From the IMG/VR virus record IMGVR_UViG_3300032330_000381, positions 1-29,716 of that record: a stretch of DNA of 29,716 nucleotides, one strand, 5' to 3'. Each line of letters starts with the position of its first letter. The first letter of the stretch is position 1. The notes beneath the pieces were generated by a model. It had not been told where the DNA came from. It worked only from the letters and a program-made list of their open reading frames with translations, and searched no databases. The position numbers were made by a program, and so were the translations under genes. Shown piece by piece: positions 1 to 7,313 of this stretch. Source of the stretch: a virus. Lineage: Duplodnaviria > Caudoviricetes.

Positions 1-123
1 AAGATTTTATCTAAGGTTTGGAGAACCTGTAATGCCACCGTAGGTCGAATACTGTGACACAGTTATTTATTTTGATGTTCTAATAACTGCTGAAGGATAG
101 ATGCCACCTGAACTACGGGGAAC
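1..123. repeat. Direct terminal repeat, left copy (circular assembly overlap)
   Basis: 1-123 is identical to 29594-29716 (AAGATTTTATCTAAGG...CTACGGGGAAC). The repeat edge falls inside the 117-aa ORF, which favours an assembler overlap of a circular or permuted genome. Confidence 0.95.
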
Positions 124-420
124 AATCAACTGGCTACCAGAAGGTGTATTAATCACTGTAACGGTAGAGGGATTCAAGGATAATGAACCTGTAGTGTTAA
201 TGGTCATTGATTCACCATAGTGTGCTACTCCAGAAGCAGGTGTTCTATCCCAATGGCTGTGACCACTTGGACAATTTTCAGCAGTTCTCTGTTCTTGAGG
301 AATACTTGATCCCCAAAATGTAACACAGTCACGAGCCCAAGGTGTTTCAGCACGGGCTGAAGTGGCAAAGGCCAATGCACCACCAAGTATCACAGATAGA
401 ATGAATAATGTTGAACGCAT
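67..420 (-). CDS. Small exported protein with Sec-type signal peptide
   Basis: N-terminus MRSTLFILSVILGGALAFATSARA has a basic residue, a hydrophobic core and an A-x-A cleavage site; two Cys in the mature part; strong SD (GAGGAG) upstream. Confidence 0.8.
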   Translation of the reverse strand: MRSTLFILSVILGGALAFATSARAETPWARDCVTFWGSSIPQEQRTAENCPSGHSHWDRTPASGVAHYGESMTINTTGSLSLNPSTVTVINTPSGSQLIVPRSSGGIYPSAVIRTSK

Positions 421-451
421 TTTACTTCTCCTCTTTCAGTTAGTATAGTTT

Positions 452-460
452 ATTATAACA
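452..460 (-). promoter_or_regulatory. Extended -10 promoter candidate (TGTTATAAT) for the 117-aa gene
   Basis: Plus strand ATTATAACA at 452-460 reads TGnTATAAT on the minus strand, about 30 nt upstream of the ATG at 420. Confidence 0.55.
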
Positions 461-463
461 CCT

Positions 464-658
464 TTAGTCTTGGCTGTCATCTTTTAATACCCAATCTTCA
501 GCAAAGTCTTCTGCATCAAATTCAGTTTGGAATGGTGCAGAGCGTAGTTCTTTGGTTTGGATAAAACACTTGACCACAAACATTGTGGTGCCGTCTTTGC
601 GGAATACCTGTGCTGTTCTTTTGGCACCATTGTATTCACTGAGATAAATGTAACTCAT
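464..658 (-). CDS. Small hypothetical protein (64 aa, MSYIYLSEY...AEDFAEDWVL)
   Basis: Start moved from 685 to the ATG at 658, which follows an AAGGA SD. Confidence 0.75.
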   Translation of the reverse strand: MSYIYLSEYNGAKRTAQVFRKDGTTMFVVKCFIQTKELRSAPFQTEFDAEDFAEDWVLKDDSQD

Positions 659-794
659 TTGATTCCTTTTGTCTTTGGCGAGCACGAAGCTCTTTAATCT
701 TATTTAAAGCCTCTTGACGACGCTGTTCATGTTTACGGGCCTGTTCAAGATTTAATCTGCGGATCTGTTCCATCATTGTTTCGTGTGTGTTCAT
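636..794 (-). CDS. Small charged helical hypothetical protein (52 aa, not in the ORF track)
   Basis: Manual translation MNTHETMMEQIRRLNLEQARKHEQRRQEALNKIKELRARQRQKESNELHLSQ; ATGA overlap with the upstream gene's stop at 791-794. Confidence 0.7.
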   Translation of the reverse strand: MNTHETMMEQIRRLNLEQARKHEQRRQEALNKIKELRARQRQKESNELHLSQ

Positions 795-985
795 TCTGAG
801 GCCTCTAAATCAGGTTTAAGAGTAATCCAATATTCTAATGATTCTAATTTTTTTTCTTGTTCAAGTATTTGACCAATCATTAAAGGACCAGGATTAGGGA
901 TTTTTAACATTTGATCTAATATTTTTTCTTCTTTGACTTTGGCTTTAATACAATCAACCAATGTCATATCTGCAATGTCTGTCAT
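791..985 (-). CDS. Small hypothetical protein (64 aa)
   Basis: ORF track; GAGGA SD; ATGA overlaps at both ends. Confidence 0.7.
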   Translation of the reverse strand: MTDIADMTLVDCIKAKVKEEKILDQMLKIPNPGPLMIGQILEQEKKLESLEYWITLKPDLEASE

Positions 986-1158
986 TCTGCGGCTTCCTCT
1001 TTAAAAAACTTTTTTAAAATTTCCTGTTGATGTTCTTTAAACAATTTAACAGAAATTGTTGAATCAGTTTGAAATATTTCATTTATTTCATTTATTTTTA
1101 ATGCTATTGAATCCAATTTAATTGCTATCAGTGCTTGTTTTCTTTCTTGTTTGTTCAT
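982..1158 (-). CDS. Small hypothetical protein (58 aa, not in the ORF track)
   Basis: Manual translation MNKQERKQALIAIKLDSIALKINEINEIFQTDSTISVKLFKEHQQEILKKFFKEEAAE; ATGA overlaps at 1155-1158 and 982-985. Confidence 0.7.
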   Translation of the reverse strand: MNKQERKQALIAIKLDSIALKINEINEIFQTDSTISVKLFKEHQQEILKKFFKEEAAE

Positions 1159-1343
1159 ACAGTGGCCTTTTGTTTTCTGTTTAGTTTCTTTTGTGCCTTA
1201 CTCTGCTGATCTAATTTGTAATATAGATCAAGAACTTTAAGTTTTTCTTTGCCAAGTGGATCTTTAATAGTTACTGTAGAATTGGCATTTAACCAATCTA
1301 ACGCCTGTTGTTTGTTCATTCTGTGACCTTTTGTTGTTGTCAT
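1155..1343 (-). CDS. Small basic hypothetical protein, first gene of the early operon (start at 1343 or 1319)
   Basis: The track start at 1409 runs through the promoter. ATG 1343 lies 6 nt after the -10 box (leaderless option); ATG 1319 follows AAAGG. Confidence 0.65.
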   Translation of the reverse strand: MTTTKGHRMNKQQALDWLNANSTVTIKDPLGKEKLKVLDLYYKLDQQSKAQKKLNRKQKATV

Positions 1344-1349
1344 ACAATT

Positions 1350-1378
1350 ATTATATTGCACTACTATATTTATGTCAA
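1350..1378 (-). promoter_or_regulatory. Consensus sigma70 promoter TTGACA-17-TATAAT
   Basis: Minus strand TTGACA (1378-1373), spacer TAAATATAGTAGTGCAA (17 nt), TATAAT (1355-1350). Confidence 0.9.
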
Positions 1379-1406
1379 CGGTCAATCTCACCAAATAACA
1401 GTCAAA

Positions 1407-1433
1407 CAAAAAGGGCTACAAGAGCCCTTTTTG
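1407..1433. terminator. Intrinsic terminator after the major capsid gene (bidirectional shape)
   Basis: CAAAAAGGGCT-ACAAG-AGCCCTTTTTG perfect inverted repeat with T-tracts on both strands. Confidence 0.85.
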
Positions 1434-1458
1434 CCAATCCAATTTGGATTACTGAATA

Positions 1459-2316
1459 TTAACTCAATTCAGAGTCATATTTCAATAGTTTGCCGTAGCC
1501 GTCATAGAGTTCACCAACACCATAATGGCATGAAGCAACCACATCAGTGCCAAGGTAGCTGGCACGACGTTGTGTTTCAATAGTGATATCACCAACTAAT
1601 GCAAGACCCAACGCATCGCGATGGAATACTGCACCTGGGAAGTCACCAGCGTTGGTTACATAGTCAATGTTTGCAGATTCATAGATTGGAATACCTGCTA
1701 ATTGACCAACATAACCCATACGCATTGCTTCATTAGCAACATCACCGAATGCACCAGCAACGAATGCTGTTGTTCCGTTAGTTGTCAATACTTTCTTCAA
1801 TGTGTAAGCGATTTCTGGGTGTAGAACACACTGAATGCCTTCCATTGGAACGCCATTTGCACGAAGTTTTGCCACTTGTTCAAAGATAACTGCTGGTGTA
1901 ATGTTACCAGTGTAGTCACCAACTGAACCAGAGAAACCTGTGAATAGGGCTGTTAGATCTTTGTCCATCTTACGAGCAATCGCTTCACCAAATAAACGAC
2001 CTAAGTCAGCAATCACATTACTTGCACTCTGCTTGACTGACAAGTCAGTAACCATAGTGCGGATTGCCACAGGAGCGATAGTGATAGTTCCAGTAGTTGT
2101 AGAAACTGCTGTATTAGAAATTTCATCACCTTCTGTTAATGCTGCCGCTGTTTGGTTAGGATAGATAGGCACATTTACTGTTTTGCCTTGTCCTGGTGCG
2201 AGTGAATAGTTGCGAACTAAACCACGCATGATACTTCTTTCTGAAGCAACAAACATTGCTTCTTGAATAATAGACGGTAATAGATCGTCTAATGTTGAGG
2301 TTGTTGAACCTGCCAT
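1459..2316 (-). CDS. Major capsid protein (HK97-like fold)
   Basis: Follows the scaffold; GKTVNVPIY, LGRLFGEAIARKMDKDL, VLHPE, GYVGQLAGIPIYES, AVFHRDALGLA and HYGVGEL segments are typical of phage capsid proteins; AAGGAG SD. Confidence 0.92.
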   Translation of the reverse strand: MAGSTTSTLDDLLPSIIQEAMFVASERSIMRGLVRNYSLAPGQGKTVNVPIYPNQTAAALTEGDEISNTAVSTTTGTITIAPVAIRTMVTDLSVKQSASNVIADLGRLFGEAIARKMDKDLTALFTGFSGSVGDYTGNITPAVIFEQVAKLRANGVPMEGIQCVLHPEIAYTLKKVLTTNGTTAFVAGAFGDVANEAMRMGYVGQLAGIPIYESANIDYVTNAGDFPGAVFHRDALGLALVGDITIETQRRASYLGTDVVASCHYGVGELYDGYGKLLKYDSELS

Positions 2317-2337
2317 AATAATTCTCCTTGTTGTGTA

Positions 2338-3021
2338 TTAGGCTATACCGTTCTTCTTGCGATAATCCGCATAAAGTTTACGGTGTTCTGGGTTTTTCAT
2401 ATCCAGAGATTTTATATCTACTTGGCCACCACCCACATTTGAGATAGAGGATTTGGCATTAGTAGTGGCTGCACCCGCTGAGACAAAATGCGGATTCGAA
2501 TCCAGGAATTCACGCACTAAATCTTCAACTGCTAATGGAGCACCTGCGTCATTATAACGAACTGCACCATCTTGACCAACTACTTCTACTTCACCTTCTG
2601 AATTAAGACGAACATTGTTTGATAATAATGCTTTGACCTGTTCAGGAGCAACGGCACGATATTTGGCAGCGGCACTGAGCAAAGGACTATTAACTTTATA
2701 TTCCTTAATCACTGAATCTCTCTTTTGGATTTCAGCGGACCATTTCTCAGCCTTTTCCTGTAGAATCTTTTCAAATTCTCCACGCTTGACCTGCTGTTCC
2801 TGTTGTCGCTTTTCCCATTCTGATTTAATAGAACGGAGCTCAGCTGGATCACCAAGATCTTCGTAGGGTTTCAAGAGTTTCTTTTCCAATGAACCCTTCA
2901 TGCGGGCCATCATATTGTCAACTTCTTGTTGTGTATAGGTTTTGACTGATTGTGCCTGTGTTTCAGAATTAACGTCTGTGGCCTCAGTTGCCGTATCGTT
3001 TACCAATGTATTTTCTGACAT
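2338..3021 (-). CDS. Capsid scaffolding protein
   Basis: Acidic N-terminus, KTYTQQEVD motif, coiled-coil core, directly upstream of the capsid gene; no prohead protease is recognisable. Confidence 0.85.
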   Translation of the reverse strand: MSENTLVNDTATEATDVNSETQAQSVKTYTQQEVDNMMARMKGSLEKKLLKPYEDLGDPAELRSIKSEWEKRQQEQQVKRGEFEKILQEKAEKWSAEIQKRDSVIKEYKVNSPLLSAAAKYRAVAPEQVKALLSNNVRLNSEGEVEVVGQDGAVRYNDAGAPLAVEDLVREFLDSNPHFVSAGAATTNAKSSISNVGGGQVDIKSLDMKNPEHRKLYADYRKKNGIA

Positions 3022-3052
3022 TGTGCATCGCCTCCTTAAGAGTGTTGATTAA

Positions 3053-3060
3053 TATTTATA
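3053..3060 (-). promoter_or_regulatory. T4-late-like promoter box TATAAATA upstream of scaffold and capsid
   Basis: Exact TATAAATA on the minus strand 31 nt upstream of ATG 3021, with an AGGAGG SD in between. Confidence 0.7.
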
Positions 3061-3111
3061 ACATTTCACCCGAAATGCCATTATATGTAATTATAACGGC
3101 AGGATTCAGGT

Positions 3112-3258
3112 CTATTGTTTCTTGGCAGCAGCCGCTTGGCTGGCTTTGATAGCCTGTGCCTGACGAACTGCGGCAGCACGGGTAGGATAGACTTTACCAT
3201 GTGTGCCATACTGCCAACCTCGACCACCACGTGGTCCTACTGCTTTATGAATAGGCAT
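3112..3258 (-). CDS. Small basic head-module protein (48 aa, not in the ORF track)
   Basis: Manual translation MPIHKAVGPRGGRGWQYGTHGKVYPTRAAAVRQAQAIKASQAAAAKKQ; TAATG overlap with the upstream stop; GAGGA SD. Confidence 0.8.
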   Translation of the reverse strand: MPIHKAVGPRGGRGWQYGTHGKVYPTRAAAVRQAQAIKASQAAAAKKQ

Positions 3259-3749
3259 TATTCTTCCTCACTTAAATTAGGTAGACCTCTACAGATCTGA
3301 CGTTCATCATCAATAGGTCCACCCATCTCTTGATCATCACAGGTTCTAATAGGTGAACAGGTAATATCATATAGATCGCAATAGCCTACAGGACGACTTT
3401 CAATATCTGCCCAAGATGGATCTAATGGTAATGCTGATGCTTTTAGAGTTAGTGCTGGCCCTTGTTCAATGCACTGTTGAACCTGAGTAGTATCCCAATA
3501 ATGATTACAGTTACAGCATAGATGTCCACGAGCATCACCTTCTGCAATACCCCACAAGACTGCTTTGGCCTGCCAAAACTCTGTGTTGGGCTGTCTTGGG
3601 TCTGCTGGTCCAAGACCATGTTCATTAATGGCTATCAAATGATTGGCAATATTAAGTTCATTATCCTGTAATGGCAGAGGACAGACCAATGCAGTTGATG
3701 AGTTACTCATTATGGCCATTTGTGCTTGTTCTATAGTAGTGTAGATCAT
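3258..3749 (-). CDS. Cys-rich putative metal-binding protein downstream of the portal
   Basis: CCNCNHY...GYCDLYDITCSPIRTC; start placed at the ATGA overlap with the portal stop (3746-3749). Confidence 0.75.
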   Translation of the reverse strand: MIYTTIEQAQMAIMSNSSTALVCPLPLQDNELNIANHLIAINEHGLGPADPRQPNTEFWQAKAVLWGIAEGDARGHLCCNCNHYWDTTQVQQCIEQGPALTLKASALPLDPSWADIESRPVGYCDLYDITCSPIRTCDDQEMGGPIDDERQICRGLPNLSEEE

Positions 3750-5233
3750 TCTGCTTCTACCCATCCATTTACCAATGCTTCTTTCTTGCTGGCAAAGTCA
3801 ATGACCCAACCTGACTCACCTGTTGCGGGATTGTATAATTCCATAGGTTCTTCAAATGGTTCTGTGGCATCCAATGGCACAGTTTCACCCGTGGCTAATG
3901 TTACTGTTTCTGGTAGAACAATGTCAGCATCTTCACCAAGTAACTCTACGATCTCATGATCAATTAACTGTAGAACACGAGGATCTGTGGCTGCTTGACG
4001 TGCTTTTAACAGTAGATCAATGTCACTGGCACGGTCCTTGATGTTGAATGAATTGGGATATTGAATCTTTCCTGCCCAGGTCATGCCTTGATAGAATGCA
4101 AACCATTGCCATATCTGTTCTTCTACTAATTCAAGACAGTCTGCTTTTTCACTAAGACGGTTGTTTAACAATTGGAATTCCTGCTCCTGTGCCACACCAC
4201 TGATTCTTTGTGGTTGACTTGAGCGTATTGAACCTGTGTTGGCCATCTTGTCAATGGCTTCTGTTACATGGTTAATGGCTGTGAATATCTGATTGGTATC
4301 TGTTGACACTGACAAGACATAGGGTTTTAAACCTGGATCCATGTTGTCTGGCATGATGGCAATAGCACCAGCACCTGCTGACATTTCTACTTCAATGGTT
4401 TTAACCATGGTAGGGTGACCATTGATACGAATACTCTGTTCTACTTCACTGGTCAGATTATATACTGTTCTTTGAGCATCTGCTAAGTCACCAATATCAC
4501 TGACTCCAAGTCCACGAACTGGACTCTTTTGATTGTAGGCAATGATCGCTGGAATCTCACCCAGAGGATTAGGTTCAACATAGTGTTCTTCAATGCTTCT
4601 ATCTCTGTGGCTGACGATCCAGGTGTGGATTTCAGTAGTGGTCCATTCACGGATAGTTGATACTGTTTCATTGCCTTCTTCAATGTATTTGAAATATTCA
4701 AGATCATAGCGGCCATTAGGATTACGACGCCAGCGCCAATCTGTTACTGTTATTGGTGTTATAAGATTTACATAAGGACGAACATCATTGGCCAATTCAT
4801 CACCTTTGGTCAGGGCACCCACATTAGGCTTGACTGTTAAGATCCAAACATGACCAAACACACTGGACCATATTGAAACTTCTTTCATAAAGGCATCAAG
4901 ACTGCGTCCATCCATGTCAGCATCTTCAAGGAATGAAGCCACTGCTGGATCCATGTCAAGACCTGCAAATTCACGATCGGGTTTTTCACGGAATAGAAAT
5001 GAAATGTATGTGGCAATCACTGATTTACAGTGGTTTTCAAGGTGTGTTGAGTTCAGTCTGGCTGAATATTCAGCGGCAGTTTCATTGGTATATTTGGTCA
5101 ACAGTTGACCACCTTGATATTCAAGCCCACCCATGTAACTCTGTAGTAGATATTGCCAACGATCTCTATTGCGTTGATACAGTTGATTGGTAGTGGTTAC
5201 CTGTAGGTATTGTTCTTGTAAGGTTAAATTCAT
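3746..5233 (-). CDS. Portal protein
   Basis: 495 aa directly after TerL; ENHCKSVI, DADMDGRSL, NPLGEIP, GLGVSDIGDLA and SGVA segments resemble SPP1-type portals. Confidence 0.9.
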   Translation of the reverse strand: MNLTLQEQYLQVTTTNQLYQRNRDRWQYLLQSYMGGLEYQGGQLLTKYTNETAAEYSARLNSTHLENHCKSVIATYISFLFREKPDREFAGLDMDPAVASFLEDADMDGRSLDAFMKEVSIWSSVFGHVWILTVKPNVGALTKGDELANDVRPYVNLITPITVTDWRWRRNPNGRYDLEYFKYIEEGNETVSTIREWTTTEIHTWIVSHRDRSIEEHYVEPNPLGEIPAIIAYNQKSPVRGLGVSDIGDLADAQRTVYNLTSEVEQSIRINGHPTMVKTIEVEMSAGAGAIAIMPDNMDPGLKPYVLSVSTDTNQIFTAINHVTEAIDKMANTGSIRSSQPQRISGVAQEQEFQLLNNRLSEKADCLELVEEQIWQWFAFYQGMTWAGKIQYPNSFNIKDRASDIDLLLKARQAATDPRVLQLIDHEIVELLGEDADIVLPETVTLATGETVPLDATEPFEEPMELYNPATGESGWVIDFASKKEALVNGWVEAE

Positions 5234-5248
5234 TTTATTGTCCTAATG

Positions 5249-6487
5249 TTATGTTGCAATTTGATGTGTCCAACGCTGTGGTCCTTTATAGGGTTCTCTA
5301 TCACGCTTAACAGGGAACATATAGTCAACGGCATAGCCCAAGGCATCCATCATGTGATCATAGCCTGATGTTTTATCTGGCTGACTGGTGCCTTCTTTAT
5401 AGGTCTGACGCTCTAATCCCTCAATAGTGTATTTACAACTGGGATCTATAAAGAGGTGTCTAATGGCACTACTTGAACACAAACGACTATTGACAGCATT
5501 TATACGGTCTCTGACTGGTGTATGGTATCTGGGAGTTTTGACAACCCAACCTGCATTCTGTAGGATGATGACATCAGTAACGCCACCCGCTGAGGTTTTA
5601 CGCTGGTGTCCTGCTGGGTCACTGAAACACCAGATTTTATTGCGTGGATATCTGCGTTTAATTTCATCCACCGCTTCTTGGGTGTTAGAAGAAAACATTC
5701 TGAGTTCATCAATGACATATAGATCATCTCCTTTACGAGCCATAATGACCGCTGACATGGGATCAATATTGTGGTCCATGCCCACATATACAACATCTGG
5801 AATAGGTTCAGTCCAGGGTTTTACATTGTAAGCACGATCAAATCCATAATAGATACGACCAGCAAATGTTTCAAAGGTGGCCAAATATTCTTGATTAAAT
5901 GTTCTAATGTCCAGATCACGGCGTGCCTGTTCTATTTCACTTTCAGGAACTTGTCCACCATCAATTGTGGTAAAACTGTAACTGGCCCAGTGTTGGGGAT
6001 CTTCTAATTGATTCTGATACAGTTCATAGGCCCAGTTGCCAATGCCTTTGGGAGTTCCAATGAATAGGGCACGGCCCTGCTTGTCAGACAAAGTCGCTCG
6101 CAGTGTGGAAAACCAAGCATCTGGGTCAATGTCTGCGAATTCATCCAATACGATAAAGTCCAGCCCAACTCCACGCAGACTATCGTGATTATCAGCGCCT
6201 TTGAGAGATATAGTAGATCCATTTTTGAGATGGATGGTAAGTTCAGTTTCATTTATTTTTTCTGCCCATTTTAGGTCCTGTAAACGGTTTTTCAGTTTCT
6301 TCCAAGTGATGTTCTTTGACTGCCTGTATGAAGGACTTACATACCAAACATCTTTATTGGGCAGTCGAGCGTGATAGCATAACTCTCTAATGGCCAGATG
6401 TGTTTTGCCAAACCTTCGTCCCGCTACGCAGACACGAAATCTTGTTGCATCTTTGGCTATTTTACTCTGGGCTGGTGTCAGCATCAT
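5249..6487 (-). CDS. terL: Terminase large subunit
   Basis: Walker A AGRRFGKT, Walker B FIVLDEFA, motif III GTPKG, nuclease VGMDHN and DHMMDALGY. Start trimmed to MMLTPAQ (6487 or 6484). Confidence 0.97.
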   Translation of the reverse strand: MMLTPAQSKIAKDATRFRVCVAGRRFGKTHLAIRELCYHARLPNKDVWYVSPSYRQSKNITWKKLKNRLQDLKWAEKINETELTIHLKNGSTISLKGADNHDSLRGVGLDFIVLDEFADIDPDAWFSTLRATLSDKQGRALFIGTPKGIGNWAYELYQNQLEDPQHWASYSFTTIDGGQVPESEIEQARRDLDIRTFNQEYLATFETFAGRIYYGFDRAYNVKPWTEPIPDVVYVGMDHNIDPMSAVIMARKGDDLYVIDELRMFSSNTQEAVDEIKRRYPRNKIWCFSDPAGHQRKTSAGGVTDVIILQNAGWVVKTPRYHTPVRDRINAVNSRLCSSSAIRHLFIDPSCKYTIEGLERQTYKEGTSQPDKTSGYDHMMDALGYAVDYMFPVKRDREPYKGPQRWTHQIAT

Positions 6488-6968
6488 CTTCTGCTTCATT
6501 CCAAGGTAAGGGTTGATTGCTGTCATTGTTGGTTGGATTGTCACTCATGCCCAACATATTCTTAGATAACCATATCTGCATGACAGCATTGCCATTCAGT
6601 GCATTCTTCAACATGGCACGTCTTAGTGTCATCTTGACATCCTCACGGCCCTTTGCCAGGATTGCACTAAAGTTGTATTTTAAGGTGCTTTCTGCTATGT
6701 CAAACCAACGGGCTATTTCACTGTCTGAACAGCCAATTGCCGCAAGTTCATAGACATCGTGTGGAGTTACAACACGCTTACGATTACCACGGCCCACTTC
6801 ATAACCATAGACTTCTACTGCTACCAACTGCTTGGGTTTATTGCCAGTCTTTGAAGGATCTCGTGGGGGTGGTTCTTCATAGGGAAGAATTTGAAAGGTT
6901 TCCCCTTCAGGTTCCTTACTGGGATCTACAGGTTCAAAGCCCTGTTGTTTGGCTTCTTCAGGTGTCAT
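6462..6968 (-). CDS. terS: Terminase small subunit
   Basis: HTH-like segment LAAIGCSDSEIARWFDIAESTL, then LRRAMLKNALNGNAVMQIWLSKNMLG; overlaps the terL start. Confidence 0.85.
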   Translation of the reverse strand: MTPEEAKQQGFEPVDPSKEPEGETFQILPYEEPPPRDPSKTGNKPKQLVAVEVYGYEVGRGNRKRVVTPHDVYELAAIGCSDSEIARWFDIAESTLKYNFSAILAKGREDVKMTLRRAMLKNALNGNAVMQIWLSKNMLGMSDNPTNNDSNQPLPWNEAEDDADTSPE

Positions 6969-7303
6969 TATAGACTACGGTTCTCTACCTTAACTCTAAA
7001 ATATCTGCGATCAACTGCACCATCATCTGTGGTAATGCTGGCAGTGACAGTATAGACTTTACCTGCTGTGCCAGCAGCCAACTTAACATAGGTAATTTTG
7101 TCCCCAGTGCGTATGCCTGATGTTGATATGGTCAAGGGCGTTGGGTTATAGGTAGGTGCTGTAATTGAGTAGGTAACTGCTGTGACGGTCTGCCCTGTGG
7201 CCAACCATTCTGACCAATCCATTGAATAGACCAATGTGGCCAAACGATCCTTGGCAATCCAAGCACCTTCTTGATCCTGTTTGTATCCTGTTATTGTTGA
7301 CAT
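6968..7303 (-). CDS. Ig-like fibre adaptor protein (resembles the Ralstonia phage GP4 gp77-type family)
   Basis: KD..LVYSMDWSEWL...AGTAGKVYTVTASITTDDG...FRVKV pattern, recalled from this family and not searched. Confidence 0.65.
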   Translation of the reverse strand: MSTITGYKQDQEGAWIAKDRLATLVYSMDWSEWLATGQTVTAVTYSITAPTYNPTPLTISTSGIRTGDKITYVKLAAGTAGKVYTVTASITTDDGAVDRRYFRVKVENRSL

Positions 7304-7313
7304 ACTTTATCCT

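Noticed and set aside
1-123. 123-bp terminal repeat as a true virion DTR
   Set aside because: It ends inside a coding sequence and has the size and exactness of an assembler overlap. It supports circularity but not a packaging mechanism.
3053-3060. TATAAATA as an archaeal TATA box (archaeal virus)
   Set aside because: Several boxes are only about 15-21 nt from an ATG with an SD in between, too close for TATA-to-start spacing. A perfect sigma70 promoter and hairpin-U terminators point to a bacterial host.
6488-6544. Extended N-termini in the ORF track (TerL from 6544; also 1409, 685, 3764 and 10940 starts)
   Set aside because: They overlap upstream genes or promoters; downstream ATGs with SD sequences or stop-start overlaps fit better.
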